In this document: positions 20,013-27,947 of the stretch, piece by piece
Position numbering within the stretch: the first letter of the stretch is position 1
Layout of the letters: every line of letters begins with the position of its first letter
NCBI GenBank assembly: GCA_002952755.1
Contig: CP025011.1
Span: forward strand, 750,001 to 782,000
Length of the DNA: 32,000 bases
Reading direction: 5' to 3'
Origin: Candidatus Saccharimonadota bacterium
GTDB lineage: Bacteria; Patescibacteriota; Saccharimonadia; Saccharimonadales; UBA4665
Notes under the pieces: model-generated
What the model saw: the letters and a program-made list of their open reading frames with translations, nothing else
Told to the model about the DNA's origin: nothing
Database searches by the model: none
Position numbers and translations under genes: made by a program

Positions 20013-20660
20013 GCTGCTACAACTACCGTGCCGACCTTCACGAAGAGCGGTGCTAAAGCAACAACCGCTGCCAAGCTCGACGCCGGCGTCTTTGCGATTA
20101 TGCCAGAAAACCACGAGCTTCTGAAGCTCGCCTACACCGCATACCTCGCAAACGGCCGCGACAACTTGGCGCAAACCAAAACCCGCGGCCTGGTGAGTGG
20201 TGGCGGCAAGAAACCCTGGAAGCAAAAGGGCACTGGCCGCGCACGCTTCGGCTCTACCCGTAACCCTATTTGGCGTGGCGGCGGTGTCGCCTTTGGGCCC
20301 ACCGGCAACGAAAATTACTCCGTTAAGGTAAACGTCAACGCCAAGCGCCAAGCATTGCGCCAAGCGCTCAGTCTCTCGGCCAGCGAAAGCCGAGTGTGCG
20401 TTATCGAAACTTTCGAATGCAAAGAAGGTAAGATTTCCCAAACCGCCAAGCTGCTCGACAAGGTCGGCGCCAAAGGCAGCGTGCTCATCGTCGTAGATCA
20501 CAAAGATGATCTAGCCGTACGTGCTACCAACAACCTGCCTAAGGTAAAGGTAGTACAAGCCAATTACCTCAATGTGTATGATGTCTTAAATGCCGATACT
20601 GTCCTGATCAGCGAAAAGTCACTAGCCATCATTAGCGAGTGGCTCGGAGGTACTAAGTAA
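20010..20660 (+). CDS. rplD: 50S ribosomal protein L4
   Basis: 216 aa with KKPWKQKGTGRARFGSTRNPIWRGGGVAFGP. Confidence 0.97.
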   Translation: MAATTTVPTFTKSGAKATTAAKLDAGVFAIMPENHELLKLAYTAYLANGRDNLAQTKTRGLVSGGGKKPWKQKGTGRARFGSTRNPIWRGGGVAFGPTGNENYSVKVNVNAKRQALRQALSLSASESRVCVIETFECKEGKISQTAKLLDKVGAKGSVLIVVDHKDDLAVRATNNLPKVKVVQANYLNVYDVLNADTVLISEKSLAIISEWLGGTK

Positions 20661-21010
20661 TGGACAAGACTACTGTATTGAAGCCACGGCTGAGCGAAAA
20701 GACCTTTGGTCTTGCCCAATCGCGCACCGTATACGTCTTTGACGTGCCTACCGATGTTAACAAGCACACCGTTGCGGCAGCTGTTGCAACTCAATTTGAT
20801 GTCACGGTTATGGCCGTCAACATCGTGAACAGCAAGGGTAAGAAGACTCGTCTGGCTCGCAAGAACGGCCGCGCCATCACAGGACGACGTTCTGACACCA
20901 AGAAAGCCTACGTTACCCTTAAGGAAGGCCAAAAACTTCCATTCTTCGATGAGCCTGAAACCGACAAGAAAGCCGACAAAAAGGCTGCGAAGAAAGAGGA
21001 GAAGAAGTAA
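20660..21010 (+). CDS. rplW: 50S ribosomal protein L23 (with Lys-rich C-terminal tail)
   Basis: L23-like core (VLKPRLSEKT...YVFDV) plus the tail DEPETDKKADKKAAKKEEKK. TAATG overlaps on both sides. Confidence 0.93.
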   Translation: MDKTTVLKPRLSEKTFGLAQSRTVYVFDVPTDVNKHTVAAAVATQFDVTVMAVNIVNSKGKKTRLARKNGRAITGRRSDTKKAYVTLKEGQKLPFFDEPETDKKADKKAAKKEEKK

Positions 21011-21846
21011 TGGCTCTCAAACAATATAACCCCACGACCCCCGGTCGTCGTGGCATGACCAGCCAGGACACCAGCGAAATCACAACCAAGAAACCGCTGC
21101 GCTCCTTGCTCGTCCACAAGCGCGTCCAGAACGGCCGCAACAACCAAGGCCGCATTACCACCAGGCACAAGGGTGGCGGTGTCCGCCGCTTCTATCGTAT
21201 TATGAACTTTAACCTCGCTGAAGGCGTCACCGCCGTCATCGAGCACATCGAATACGACCCAAATCGCAGTGCCCGCATTGCTCGCATTAAAGAAAACAAC
21301 GGCACGTACCACTACATCCTCGCTGCCAAAGATATGAAGGTTGGCCAGACCATTACGAGCGGCGAAGAAGCACCTATCGAGAATGGTAATCGTTTGCCAA
21401 TCAAGAATATCCCTATCGGCAGTACCATCCACGCCATCGAGATGAAGCCTGGCCGCGGTGCCCAAATGGTACGCAGCGCCGGTAACGGTGCTCAGTTGAT
21501 GGCCAAAGAGGGCGACTACGCCCAAGTGCGTCTGCCGAGCGGCGAAGTTCGCTTGGTGCGCCTGGAATGCACCGCCAGTATTGGCGTTGTTGGCAACGAG
21601 CAGCACCAAAACATCAAGATCGGTAAGGCCGGCCGCAAGCGCCACATGGGCGTTCGTCCAACCGTTCGTGGTGTGGTTATGAATGCTGTTGACCACCCCC
21701 ACGGTGGTGGTGACGGTGGCCGTCACCGCATGGCAAAAGCGCCCCGTACGCCTTGGGGCCAAAAGACTCTGGGTTACAAAACGCGCCGCCGCAAGTCTAC
21801 ATCGCAGTTCATTGTTAAAAGCCGTCATGCGGCGAAGAGGAAGTAG
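21010..21846 (+). CDS. rplB: 50S ribosomal protein L2
   Basis: 278 aa with RGVVMNAVDHPHGGGDG. Confidence 0.97.
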   Translation: MALKQYNPTTPGRRGMTSQDTSEITTKKPLRSLLVHKRVQNGRNNQGRITTRHKGGGVRRFYRIMNFNLAEGVTAVIEHIEYDPNRSARIARIKENNGTYHYILAAKDMKVGQTITSGEEAPIENGNRLPIKNIPIGSTIHAIEMKPGRGAQMVRSAGNGAQLMAKEGDYAQVRLPSGEVRLVRLECTASIGVVGNEQHQNIKIGKAGRKRHMGVRPTVRGVVMNAVDHPHGGGDGGRHRMAKAPRTPWGQKTLGYKTRRRKSTSQFIVKSRHAAKRK

Positions 21847-21850
21847 CGAT

Positions 21851-22081
21851 ATGACGAATCCTACAGAATTACCCAATAAACACGTCGATAGGGAATTTGT
21901 AACCGGGCTCGTCGGACAGCAAGTGGCTGCTAACTTAGCAGAGCTTGCTCGTCCGCCCCACGACCCGGTGCAGGGTTTTCGAGATCGGGGTTTACCTGAA
22001 ATTGCGCCGAATGTTTTTTCCGGTTTTGGTGGTTTAGTAATAATAGATTTTAATACCAGGACAGCAGGAGAATCCCTATGA
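21851..22081 (+). CDS. small hypothetical protein (76 aa) inserted between rplB and rpsS
   Basis: ATG lies 4 nt after the rplB stop. Its TGA overlaps the rpsS ATG (ATGA at 22078-22081). Peptide: [77 protein letters not shown] recognise no family. Confidence 0.45.
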   Translation: MTNPTELPNKHVDREFVTGLVGQQVAANLAELARPPHDPVQGFRDRGLPEIAPNVFSGFGGLVIIDFNTRTAGESL

Positions 22082-22353
22082 GTCGTTCGCTGAAGAAGGG
22101 ACCATTCATCGACCCCAAGCTTGCCAAAAAAGCAGCCGCATTGGGGCCAGATGATCGTACCATTATCAAAACGTGGGCTCGGGCCTGCACCATCGCACCG
22201 GAATTCGTTGGCCGCACCTTTGCAGTCCACAATGGCAAAGTCCACGTGCCGGTATTTGTTACCGAAAACATGGTCGGCCACAAGCTGGGTGAATTCGCCC
22301 CGACCCGCAAGTTCCGCTCGCACGGCGGTAAATTAGCAAAGGGTGGTAAGTAG
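22078..22353 (+). CDS. rpsS: 30S ribosomal protein S19
   Basis: 91 aa with [11 protein letters not shown]...FAVHNGK...[13 protein letters not shown]. Confidence 0.97.
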   Translation: MSRSLKKGPFIDPKLAKKAAALGPDDRTIIKTWARACTIAPEFVGRTFAVHNGKVHVPVFVTENMVGHKLGEFAPTRKFRSHGGKLAKGGK

Positions 22354-22354
22354 T

Positions 22355-22732
22355 ATGAGCGTACAAGCAATTGCCAAAGGCGTTCGTATGAGCCCGCGCA
22401 AGGTTGGCGTCGTTGCTAGCCTGGTCCGCGGCCGCACCGTTGCCGACGCTTTGACTATTCTGGAACACACGCCCCGCCGTACGGCACTGCCTGTTTCCAA
22501 GACGATTAAAAGCGCACAGGCCAATGCCGACCACAATCACAATCTCAAGCCAGATACGCTTCGAATTGTAGAAATCAGCGTCACTCCAGGGCCACGCCTG
22601 AAGCGCTATCGCCCAGCCGCCCACGGCCGTGCGCTGCCATTTATGCGCCGCACCAGCCACATTCGCGTAGTCGTTGATGGCGAGGCGCGCGTTGCCAAGA
22701 AACCAGTCAAGACCGAAGAGGAGAAGAAGTAA
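22355..22732 (+). CDS. rplV: 50S ribosomal protein L22
   Basis: MSVQAIAKGVRMSPRKV is a typical L22 N-terminus. I prefer ATG 22355 over GTG 22343. C-terminal tail KKPVKTEEEKK. Confidence 0.93.
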   Translation: MSVQAIAKGVRMSPRKVGVVASLVRGRTVADALTILEHTPRRTALPVSKTIKSAQANADHNHNLKPDTLRIVEISVTPGPRLKRYRPAAHGRALPFMRRTSHIRVVVDGEARVAKKPVKTEEEKK

Positions 22733-23361
22733 TGGGCCAGAAAGTTAACCCTATTAGCATGCGCCTCCAAGTCAATAAGAACTGGCGCAGCAAATGGTTT
22801 GTCAATAAGCGTGAATATGCCTCTTATTTGGCGCAAGATCTCGCTGTTCGCCGCATGATCAAGAATAAGTTGGGCTCCCGGGCCGCCATTAACAAAGTAG
22901 ATATTGAGCGTTCGCCAAATCTCGTCACCGTCACCATTACTACGGCAAAGGCAGGTGTCGTGATCGGTCGTGGCGGTTCTGGCGCAACTGAGCTAAAGCA
23001 AACTATTGAAAAGATCTACGGCGTTCCCGCTCGCGTGAACATCGAAGAGATCAAGAAGCCGGAACTCTTTGCTAAATTAGTCGCCGAGAATATTGCCCAC
23101 CAAATCGAACGCCGCATGAGCTTCCGCCGTGCCATTAAAGCGGGCGCTGCCAATACCATGCGTGCCGGTGCCAAGGGCATTCGTATCGAAGTATCCGGCC
23201 GGTTAAACGGTGCCGAGATGAGCCGCCGCGAGAAGGAAGTGCAGGGCTCTGTGCCACTTCACACTATTCGTGCTGATATCGACTACGCGCAAGTAGACGC
23301 CCGATTCCCAGGTTCCGGCATCATCGGCGTTAAGGTGTGGATTTACAAGGGAGAAGCATAA
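22732..23361 (+). CDS. rpsC: 30S ribosomal protein S3
   Basis: 209 aa with [12 protein letters not shown] and a KH domain GVVIGRGG. Confidence 0.97.
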   Translation: MGQKVNPISMRLQVNKNWRSKWFVNKREYASYLAQDLAVRRMIKNKLGSRAAINKVDIERSPNLVTVTITTAKAGVVIGRGGSGATELKQTIEKIYGVPARVNIEEIKKPELFAKLVAENIAHQIERRMSFRRAIKAGAANTMRAGAKGIRIEVSGRLNGAEMSRREKEVQGSVPLHTIRADIDYAQVDARFPGSGIIGVKVWIYKGEA

Positions 23362-23362
23362 T

Positions 23363-23779
23363 ATGTTAGTCCCAAATCGCACCAAATTCCGTAAGGTTCG
23401 CAAAGGTCGCATCAAGGGCCCTGCCACCTCTGGTAATTATATTGCCTACGGCGAATTCGCGCTTCAGGCCCAAGGCCACGAGCGTGTTACCAGTCGACAG
23501 ATCGAATCTGCCCGTCAAGCCATGACCCGCTACATCAAGCGTGGCGGCAAAATCTGGATTCGCATCTTCCCACATACCCCTGTCACCAAAAAGCCATTGG
23601 ATGTAAAGATGGGCTCTGGTAAGGGTAGCCCAGAATACTTCGCTGCTAAGGTTCGCCCCGGTACAATTCTGTTTGAAATGCAGGGCGTGAGCGAAGAAAT
23701 TGCTCGCGAAGCAATGCGTCTCGCCGCTCACAAGTTGCCGGTCAAGACCAAATTTGTGGCCAAGGAGGAACAGGCATGA
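23363..23779 (+). CDS. rplP: 50S ribosomal protein L16
   Basis: 138 aa with [16 protein letters not shown]. Confidence 0.97.
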   Translation: MLVPNRTKFRKVRKGRIKGPATSGNYIAYGEFALQAQGHERVTSRQIESARQAMTRYIKRGGKIWIRIFPHTPVTKKPLDVKMGSGKGSPEYFAAKVRPGTILFEMQGVSEEIAREAMRLAAHKLPVKTKFVAKEEQA

Positions 23780-23976
23780 AAGTAGCTGATATCCGTAAAT
23801 TGTCGACAAGCGAATTGGCTACTCAAAGTACCAAGCTTCGCGAAGAAATTGTCGAGTTAAAGCGCCGTTTGAGTATGGGTGAAGTCCAAAACGTCCGCGT
23901 AATCCGCGGCAAGCGTAAAGACCTCGCCCGTATGCTGACTGTATTAAGCGAACAATTATCAAAGGAGACTAAGTAA
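23776..23976 (+). CDS. rpmC: 50S ribosomal protein L29
   Basis: 66 aa, L29-like ([19 protein letters not shown]). ATGA overlap with rplP. Confidence 0.93.
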   Translation: MKVADIRKLSTSELATQSTKLREEIVELKRRLSMGEVQNVRVIRGKRKDLARMLTVLSEQLSKETK

Positions 23977-24284
23977 TGGCAAAAACTATTACCGGCATCG
24001 TCTCTTCGAAGAAGACCGACAAAACCATTGTCGTGACTGAGCACGAGCGCATGACTCATCCGCTGTATCGCAAGCAGTACACGGTGACCAAAAAGTTCAT
24101 GGCTCACGATGAGAAGAACGAGGCCCAAGAAGGCGACCGTGTGATGATTGGCGAAACTCGTCCACTCAGCACTCGCAAGCACCACACTCTCATCCGCGTA
24201 CTAGAGAAGGCAGGCGTAAAGCATGTTGAACCTGAAGTCGCTAAACCTGCGAAGGCAGACAAGGAAGTAGGGGAGACGGCGTAA
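23976..24284 (+). CDS. rpsQ: 30S ribosomal protein S17
   Basis: 102 aa. [14 protein letters not shown]...[16 protein letters not shown], plus a C-terminal extension. Confidence 0.95.
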   Translation: MAKTITGIVSSKKTDKTIVVTEHERMTHPLYRKQYTVTKKFMAHDEKNEAQEGDRVMIGETRPLSTRKHHTLIRVLEKAGVKHVEPEVAKPAKADKEVGETA

Positions 24285-24652
24285 TGATTCAGCAAGAAAC
24301 GCGCCTGAACGTCTGCGACAACTCGGGTGCCAAAGAAATCTTGTGCATTCGCGTTCTGGGCGGCACTCGTCGCCGCTACGCCCGCGTTGGCGACGTGATT
24401 GTGGCGACCGTTAAGGAAGCAAGCGCACAAGGTAATGTGAAGAAGAAATCGGTGGTACGTGCTGTTGTGGTTCGCACCAGCGAAAAAATTCGCCGCAAGG
24501 ATGGCTCAACCATCAAGTTTGATGACAATGCTGCCGTTATTATCGGCGAAGACAAAATGCCTAAGGCTACCCGCATCTTCGGGCCTGTACCGCGCGAGCT
24601 GCGTGACCTCGGCTACTCCAAGATCATTAGCCTTGCGCCGGAGGTACTATAG
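24284..24652 (+). CDS. rplN: 50S ribosomal protein L14
   Basis: 122 aa with [18 protein letters not shown]. Confidence 0.97.
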   Translation: MIQQETRLNVCDNSGAKEILCIRVLGGTRRRYARVGDVIVATVKEASAQGNVKKKSVVRAVVVRTSEKIRRKDGSTIKFDDNAAVIIGEDKMPKATRIFGPVPRELRDLGYSKIISLAPEVL

Positions 24653-24654
24653 GT

Positions 24655-25005
24655 ATGAGCACTAAGAATAAAATCGAAGACAAGATTTATAAAATCCGTC
24701 TCAATAAAGGCGATACCGTCGTAGTGACCGCCGGCAAATATAAAGGCAAAACCGGCACTATTACCGCTACTCATCCACGCGAGAACAAGGTGACTGTCGA
24801 AGGTATTAACATCGTCAAAAAGGCCGTGAAGCCCACACGGACTAACCCCCAAGGCGGTATTATCGAAATCACCAAGCCGATGTGGGTAAGCAAGGTAGCG
24901 ATTGTAGAGCCGACGAGCAAGAAGCCAAGCCGTATCGGCTATTCGATTGCTGCAGATGGCACGAAGACGCGCGTCTTTAAGAAAACCGGAAAGGCGATTA
25001 AATGA
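24655..25005 (+). CDS. rplX: 50S ribosomal protein L24
   Basis: 116 aa with a KOW motif (KGDTVVVTAGKYKGKTG). Confidence 0.95.
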   Translation: MSTKNKIEDKIYKIRLNKGDTVVVTAGKYKGKTGTITATHPRENKVTVEGINIVKKAVKPTRTNPQGGIIEITKPMWVSKVAIVEPTSKKPSRIGYSIAADGTKTRVFKKTGKAIK

Positions 25006-25121
25006 TGATTACGATGCTGAGGGAAAAAGAGCAGCGCCGGTTCGCCGTAGGCGAATGCAGCTTAGCTGCAAGGCGCAATGAGAAAAAACCGCTAGGTTTT
25101 GTCTCATGGGAGGTTAAGTAA
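25005..25121 (+). repeat. junction insert element copy 2 (~116 bp) carrying a 38-codon mini-ORF
   Basis: ATG (25005, or in-frame ATG 25002) overlaps the rplX TGA and TAA overlaps the rplE ATG. Peptide: MITMLREKEQRRFAVGECSLAARRNEKKPLGFVSWEVK. Shares conserved blocks with copy 1. Hairpins at 25041-25055, 25057-25069 and 25080-25105. Confidence 0.7.
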
Positions 25122-25693
25122 TGGCTACTGCAACAATCAAACCAACGGTGCGCCTGCGCGACCAGTACAACAAGGTTATCGCCGGCGAACTCAAAAAGGA
25201 GCTGGAGATTGCTAATCCGCACGAGGTTCCCCGTCTATTGAAGATCACCATTAACGTTGGACTTGGCAAGGCTAAGGACGACAAAAAGATGCTTGAAGCG
25301 GCTACAAACACACTGCGCAAGATTACTGGACAGCAGCCTGTTGAGACCATTGCCAAGAAGTCTATCGCCGCCTTTAAGTTGCGCGAAGGCAACAAAATCG
25401 GCCTCAAAGTCACCCTCCGCGGCGACAAGATGTACGAATTTTTGGATCGTTTGATCACTCTCGTGCTGCCGCGCTTACGCGACTTCCACGGCGTCAGCGC
25501 CAAAGCCTTCGACCGCCAGGGCAATTTCAGCCTCGGTCTCATCGACCAGTCAGTCTTCCCAGAACTAACCTTCGAAGAGACAACGACCGCACATGGTCTA
25601 CAGGCTGTCTTCACCATTAACAGCAAGAGTCCGGCACACTCACGACGACTTCTCGAGAGTTTCGGTATGCCGTTCGAAAAGGAGAGCAAGTAA
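25121..25693 (+). CDS. rplE: 50S ribosomal protein L5
   Basis: 190 aa with an L5-like sequence ([12 protein letters not shown]...[10 protein letters not shown]-like [17 protein letters not shown]). Confidence 0.97.
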   Translation: MATATIKPTVRLRDQYNKVIAGELKKELEIANPHEVPRLLKITINVGLGKAKDDKKMLEAATNTLRKITGQQPVETIAKKSIAAFKLREGNKIGLKVTLRGDKMYEFLDRLITLVLPRLRDFHGVSAKAFDRQGNFSLGLIDQSVFPELTFEETTTAHGLQAVFTINSKSPAHSRRLLESFGMPFEKESK

Positions 25694-25962
25694 TGGCTCG
25701 TAAGTCAAACATCGCTCGTGATAAAAAACGCGAGAAACTATATGCCAAGTATGCCGTCAAGCGTGCCGAGTTGAAGGAGCTGGGTGACCTCGAAGGTCTC
25801 GCCAAGCTACCACGCAACTCCTCGCCGACGCGCCGCAAGAACCGCTGTATCGAAACTGGCCGCCCCCGTGGCTACATGCGCCAATTCGGTCTCTCACGTT
25901 TGTCGTTCCGTGAGCAAGCAGTCCAGGGTAACATTCCGGGCGTAACAAAGGCCAGCTGGTAG
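25693..25962 (+). CDS. rpsN: 30S ribosomal protein S14 (long, non-zinc form)
   Basis: 89 aa. [12 protein letters not shown]...[13 protein letters not shown]...IPGVTKASW. It has a single Cys, so no CxxC zinc ribbon. Confidence 0.95.
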   Translation: MARKSNIARDKKREKLYAKYAVKRAELKELGDLEGLAKLPRNSSPTRRKNRCIETGRPRGYMRQFGLSRLSFREQAVQGNIPGVTKASW

Positions 25963-25976
25963 AAAGGAAGAATGAC

Positions 25977-26381
25977 ATGAGTAATATGACTTCTACTGAT
26001 CCTATCGCCGACATGCTCACCCGCATTCGTAACGCCGTCAGCGTGCGTAAGAGCGAAGTAGTTATGCCGCATTCGAAAGTAAAGCAGGGCATCGCCGAAC
26101 TGCTTAAAAAGAGCGGTTTTATCACCGACGTTGTTGTCACCGACGCAACCATCGGTAAGACGCTCAAGATCGTCATTAACGACGAGAACGAGAACGCCCG
26201 TATCAGCGAAATTGTCCGCATCAGCAAGCCCGGCCGCCGTGAGTATGCTGCTGCTACCGAGATTCCAACCGTCAAACGCGGTCGCGGTGTGGTTATCGTT
26301 TCAACTTCCAAGGGCCTGCTCACTGGCCAACAAGCCAAAAAGCAGGGCGTTGGTGGCGAGTTAATTTGCAAAGTATATTAA
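25977..26381 (+). CDS. rpsH: 30S ribosomal protein S8
   Basis: 134 aa with DPIADMLTRIRNA. Confidence 0.97.
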   Translation: MSNMTSTDPIADMLTRIRNAVSVRKSEVVMPHSKVKQGIAELLKKSGFITDVVVTDATIGKTLKIVINDENENARISEIVRISKPGRREYAAATEIPTVKRGRGVVIVSTSKGLLTGQQAKKQGVGGELICKVY

Positions 26382-26391
26382 GGAGAAATCG

Positions 26392-26931
26392 ATGAGTCGT
26401 ATAGGAAAACAGCCCATCCCCATCCCGAGCGGTGTGACAATCACTGTCGACCCTGATTTCGTAACTGTCGTTGGCCCCAAGGGTACGCTCAAGCAGTTTA
26501 CGATGCCGGGTGTTATCGTAGAGGTGCAGGACGGCCAAGCAGTCGTTACACGTATAAACGACGAAGCTACAAATCGTGCCAAGCATGGTCTGATGCGCTC
26601 GCTGGTCAACAACATGGTGGTAGGCGTGAGCAAGGGCTTCGAAAAGAAGCTTGAGATCAATGGTGTCGGCTATCGGGTGAATCTGCAAGGGACCGACCTC
26701 AAATTTAACCTTGGCTTTAGCCACGATGTTATCTACAAACTGCCGCAAGGGATTACAGCCATTACAGAGCAAAACACCATTACGGTGAATGGCATCGACA
26801 AACAGCAAGTAGGCCAGGTGGCTGCCGAAATCCGCGCTCTCAAAAAGCCTGAACCATACAAGGGCAAGGGCATTAAGTATGTAGGCGAACGTATCCTCCG
26901 CAAGAGCGGTAAGTCAGGAAAGGAGAAGTAG
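26392..26931 (+). CDS. rplF: 50S ribosomal protein L6
   Basis: 179 aa with [15 protein letters not shown]. Confidence 0.97.
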   Translation: MSRIGKQPIPIPSGVTITVDPDFVTVVGPKGTLKQFTMPGVIVEVQDGQAVVTRINDEATNRAKHGLMRSLVNNMVVGVSKGFEKKLEINGVGYRVNLQGTDLKFNLGFSHDVIYKLPQGITAITEQNTITVNGIDKQQVGQVAAEIRALKKPEPYKGKGIKYVGERILRKSGKSGKEK

Positions 26932-26932
26932 C

Positions 26933-27289
26933 ATGAGCACCCTGACGCAAAAACTACACAGTAAGTGGCAGCGCAAGCACCGCGTTCGTGCTACTGTTTC
27001 TGGTACCGCCGAGCGCCCACGCCTCAGCGTGCACATCAGCAACAAGCATATAACTGCCCAGGTTATTGATGACACCACCGGCAAAACGCTGGCATATGCA
27101 TCTACCGTTAGCGCCAAAGCGGCAAAAGGCTCGATGAGCGAGCGTGCCGCCTGGGTTGGTGAAGAAGTTGCCAAGAAGGCAAAAACCGCAAAGGTGAGCG
27201 CCGTGGTCTTCGACCGTGGCGGACACATCTACCATGGCCGCGTTGCCGCTTTGGCTGACGCTGCTCGTAAAGCAGGATTGGAGTTCTAA
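26933..27289 (+). CDS. rplR: 50S ribosomal protein L18
   Basis: 118 aa. [21 protein letters not shown]...[28 protein letters not shown]. Confidence 0.96.
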   Translation: MSTLTQKLHSKWQRKHRVRATVSGTAERPRLSVHISNKHITAQVIDDTTGKTLAYASTVSAKAAKGSMSERAAWVGEEVAKKAKTAKVSAVVFDRGGHIYHGRVAALADAARKAGLEF

Positions 27290-27291
27290 AT

Positions 27292-27942
27292 ATGGCTGAA
27301 AATACAGCGCCTGCACAAGCCGCAGCCGAACAACAAGCACAAGCACAGACACAAAACCGACAGCCCTTCGGCGGTCGTCAAGGTGGTGGTCGTGGCCAAG
27401 GCCCTCGCGGTCGCCGCCCCGAATTACCTCCAGAGGAGAAACAATTTGACGAGCGTGTCGTACATATCGACCGCGTCGCTCGCGTTGTAAAGGGCGGCCG
27501 TCGCTTCCGTTTCCGCGCACTCGTGGTTGTGGGTGACCGCAGAAACCGTGTTGGCGTCGGAAGCGCTAAAGGTGCAGATGTTACTGCCGCCGTTACCAAA
27601 GCTACTGAAATCGCCAAAAAACACTTTATTTCGGTCCCGGTACATAACGGCACCATCCCACACGAAGTACAGTCCAAAGTAAGTGGCGCACGTATTCTGA
27701 TCATTCCAGCCGCTCCTGGTACTGGTCTGATCGCCGGTGGCACCGTCCGCACTGTTCTCGAAGTTGCCGGTGTTAGCAACGTGCTTTCCAAGTCGCTGGG
27801 CTCTTCCAACAAGACTAACGCCGCGTACGCAACCATTGCCGCACTGGAGTCGCTTGTTCCAGCCAGCAAGTGGGTTACTAAGCAGGACGCCAAAGAAAAG
27901 CCGGCAGCACAAAAAGCCCCTGCCAAGAAAGCGAAGGCGTAA
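27292..27942 (+). CDS. rpsE: 30S ribosomal protein S5 with N- and C-terminal extensions
   Basis: 216 aa. S5 core (RVARVVKGGRRFRFRALVVVGD) preceded by a ~54-aa Q/A-rich and RGG-like extension, and followed by a Lys/Ala-rich tail. Confidence 0.95.
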   Translation: MAENTAPAQAAAEQQAQAQTQNRQPFGGRQGGGRGQGPRGRRPELPPEEKQFDERVVHIDRVARVVKGGRRFRFRALVVVGDRRNRVGVGSAKGADVTAAVTKATEIAKKHFISVPVHNGTIPHEVQSKVSGARILIIPAAPGTGLIAGGTVRTVLEVAGVSNVLSKSLGSSNKTNAAYATIAALESLVPASKWVTKQDAKEKPAAQKAPAKKAKA

Positions 27943-27947
27943 AGAGT

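Noticed and set aside
21683-21850. Upstream part of the 132-aa ORF 21683-22081
   Set aside because: That part overlaps the conserved C-terminus of rplB in another frame. Only the segment from ATG 21851 lies in the intergenic gap.
20908-22323. 471-aa minus-strand ORF, the longest unassigned ORF in the track
   Set aside because: It is entirely antisense to rplW, rplB, the 76-aa ORF and rpsS, all of which have unmistakable ribosomal-protein sequences. Its translation is low-complexity (Ala/Gly/Thr/Val-rich), as expected for the antisense frame of genes with GC-rich third codon positions.
25003-25005. Possibility of an alternative genetic code with UGA as sense, as in some CPR lineages
   Set aside because: TGA terminates rplX, rplP and the small ORFs at family-appropriate lengths. 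The long conserved genes (rpoB, rpoC, fusA) contain no in-frame TGA.
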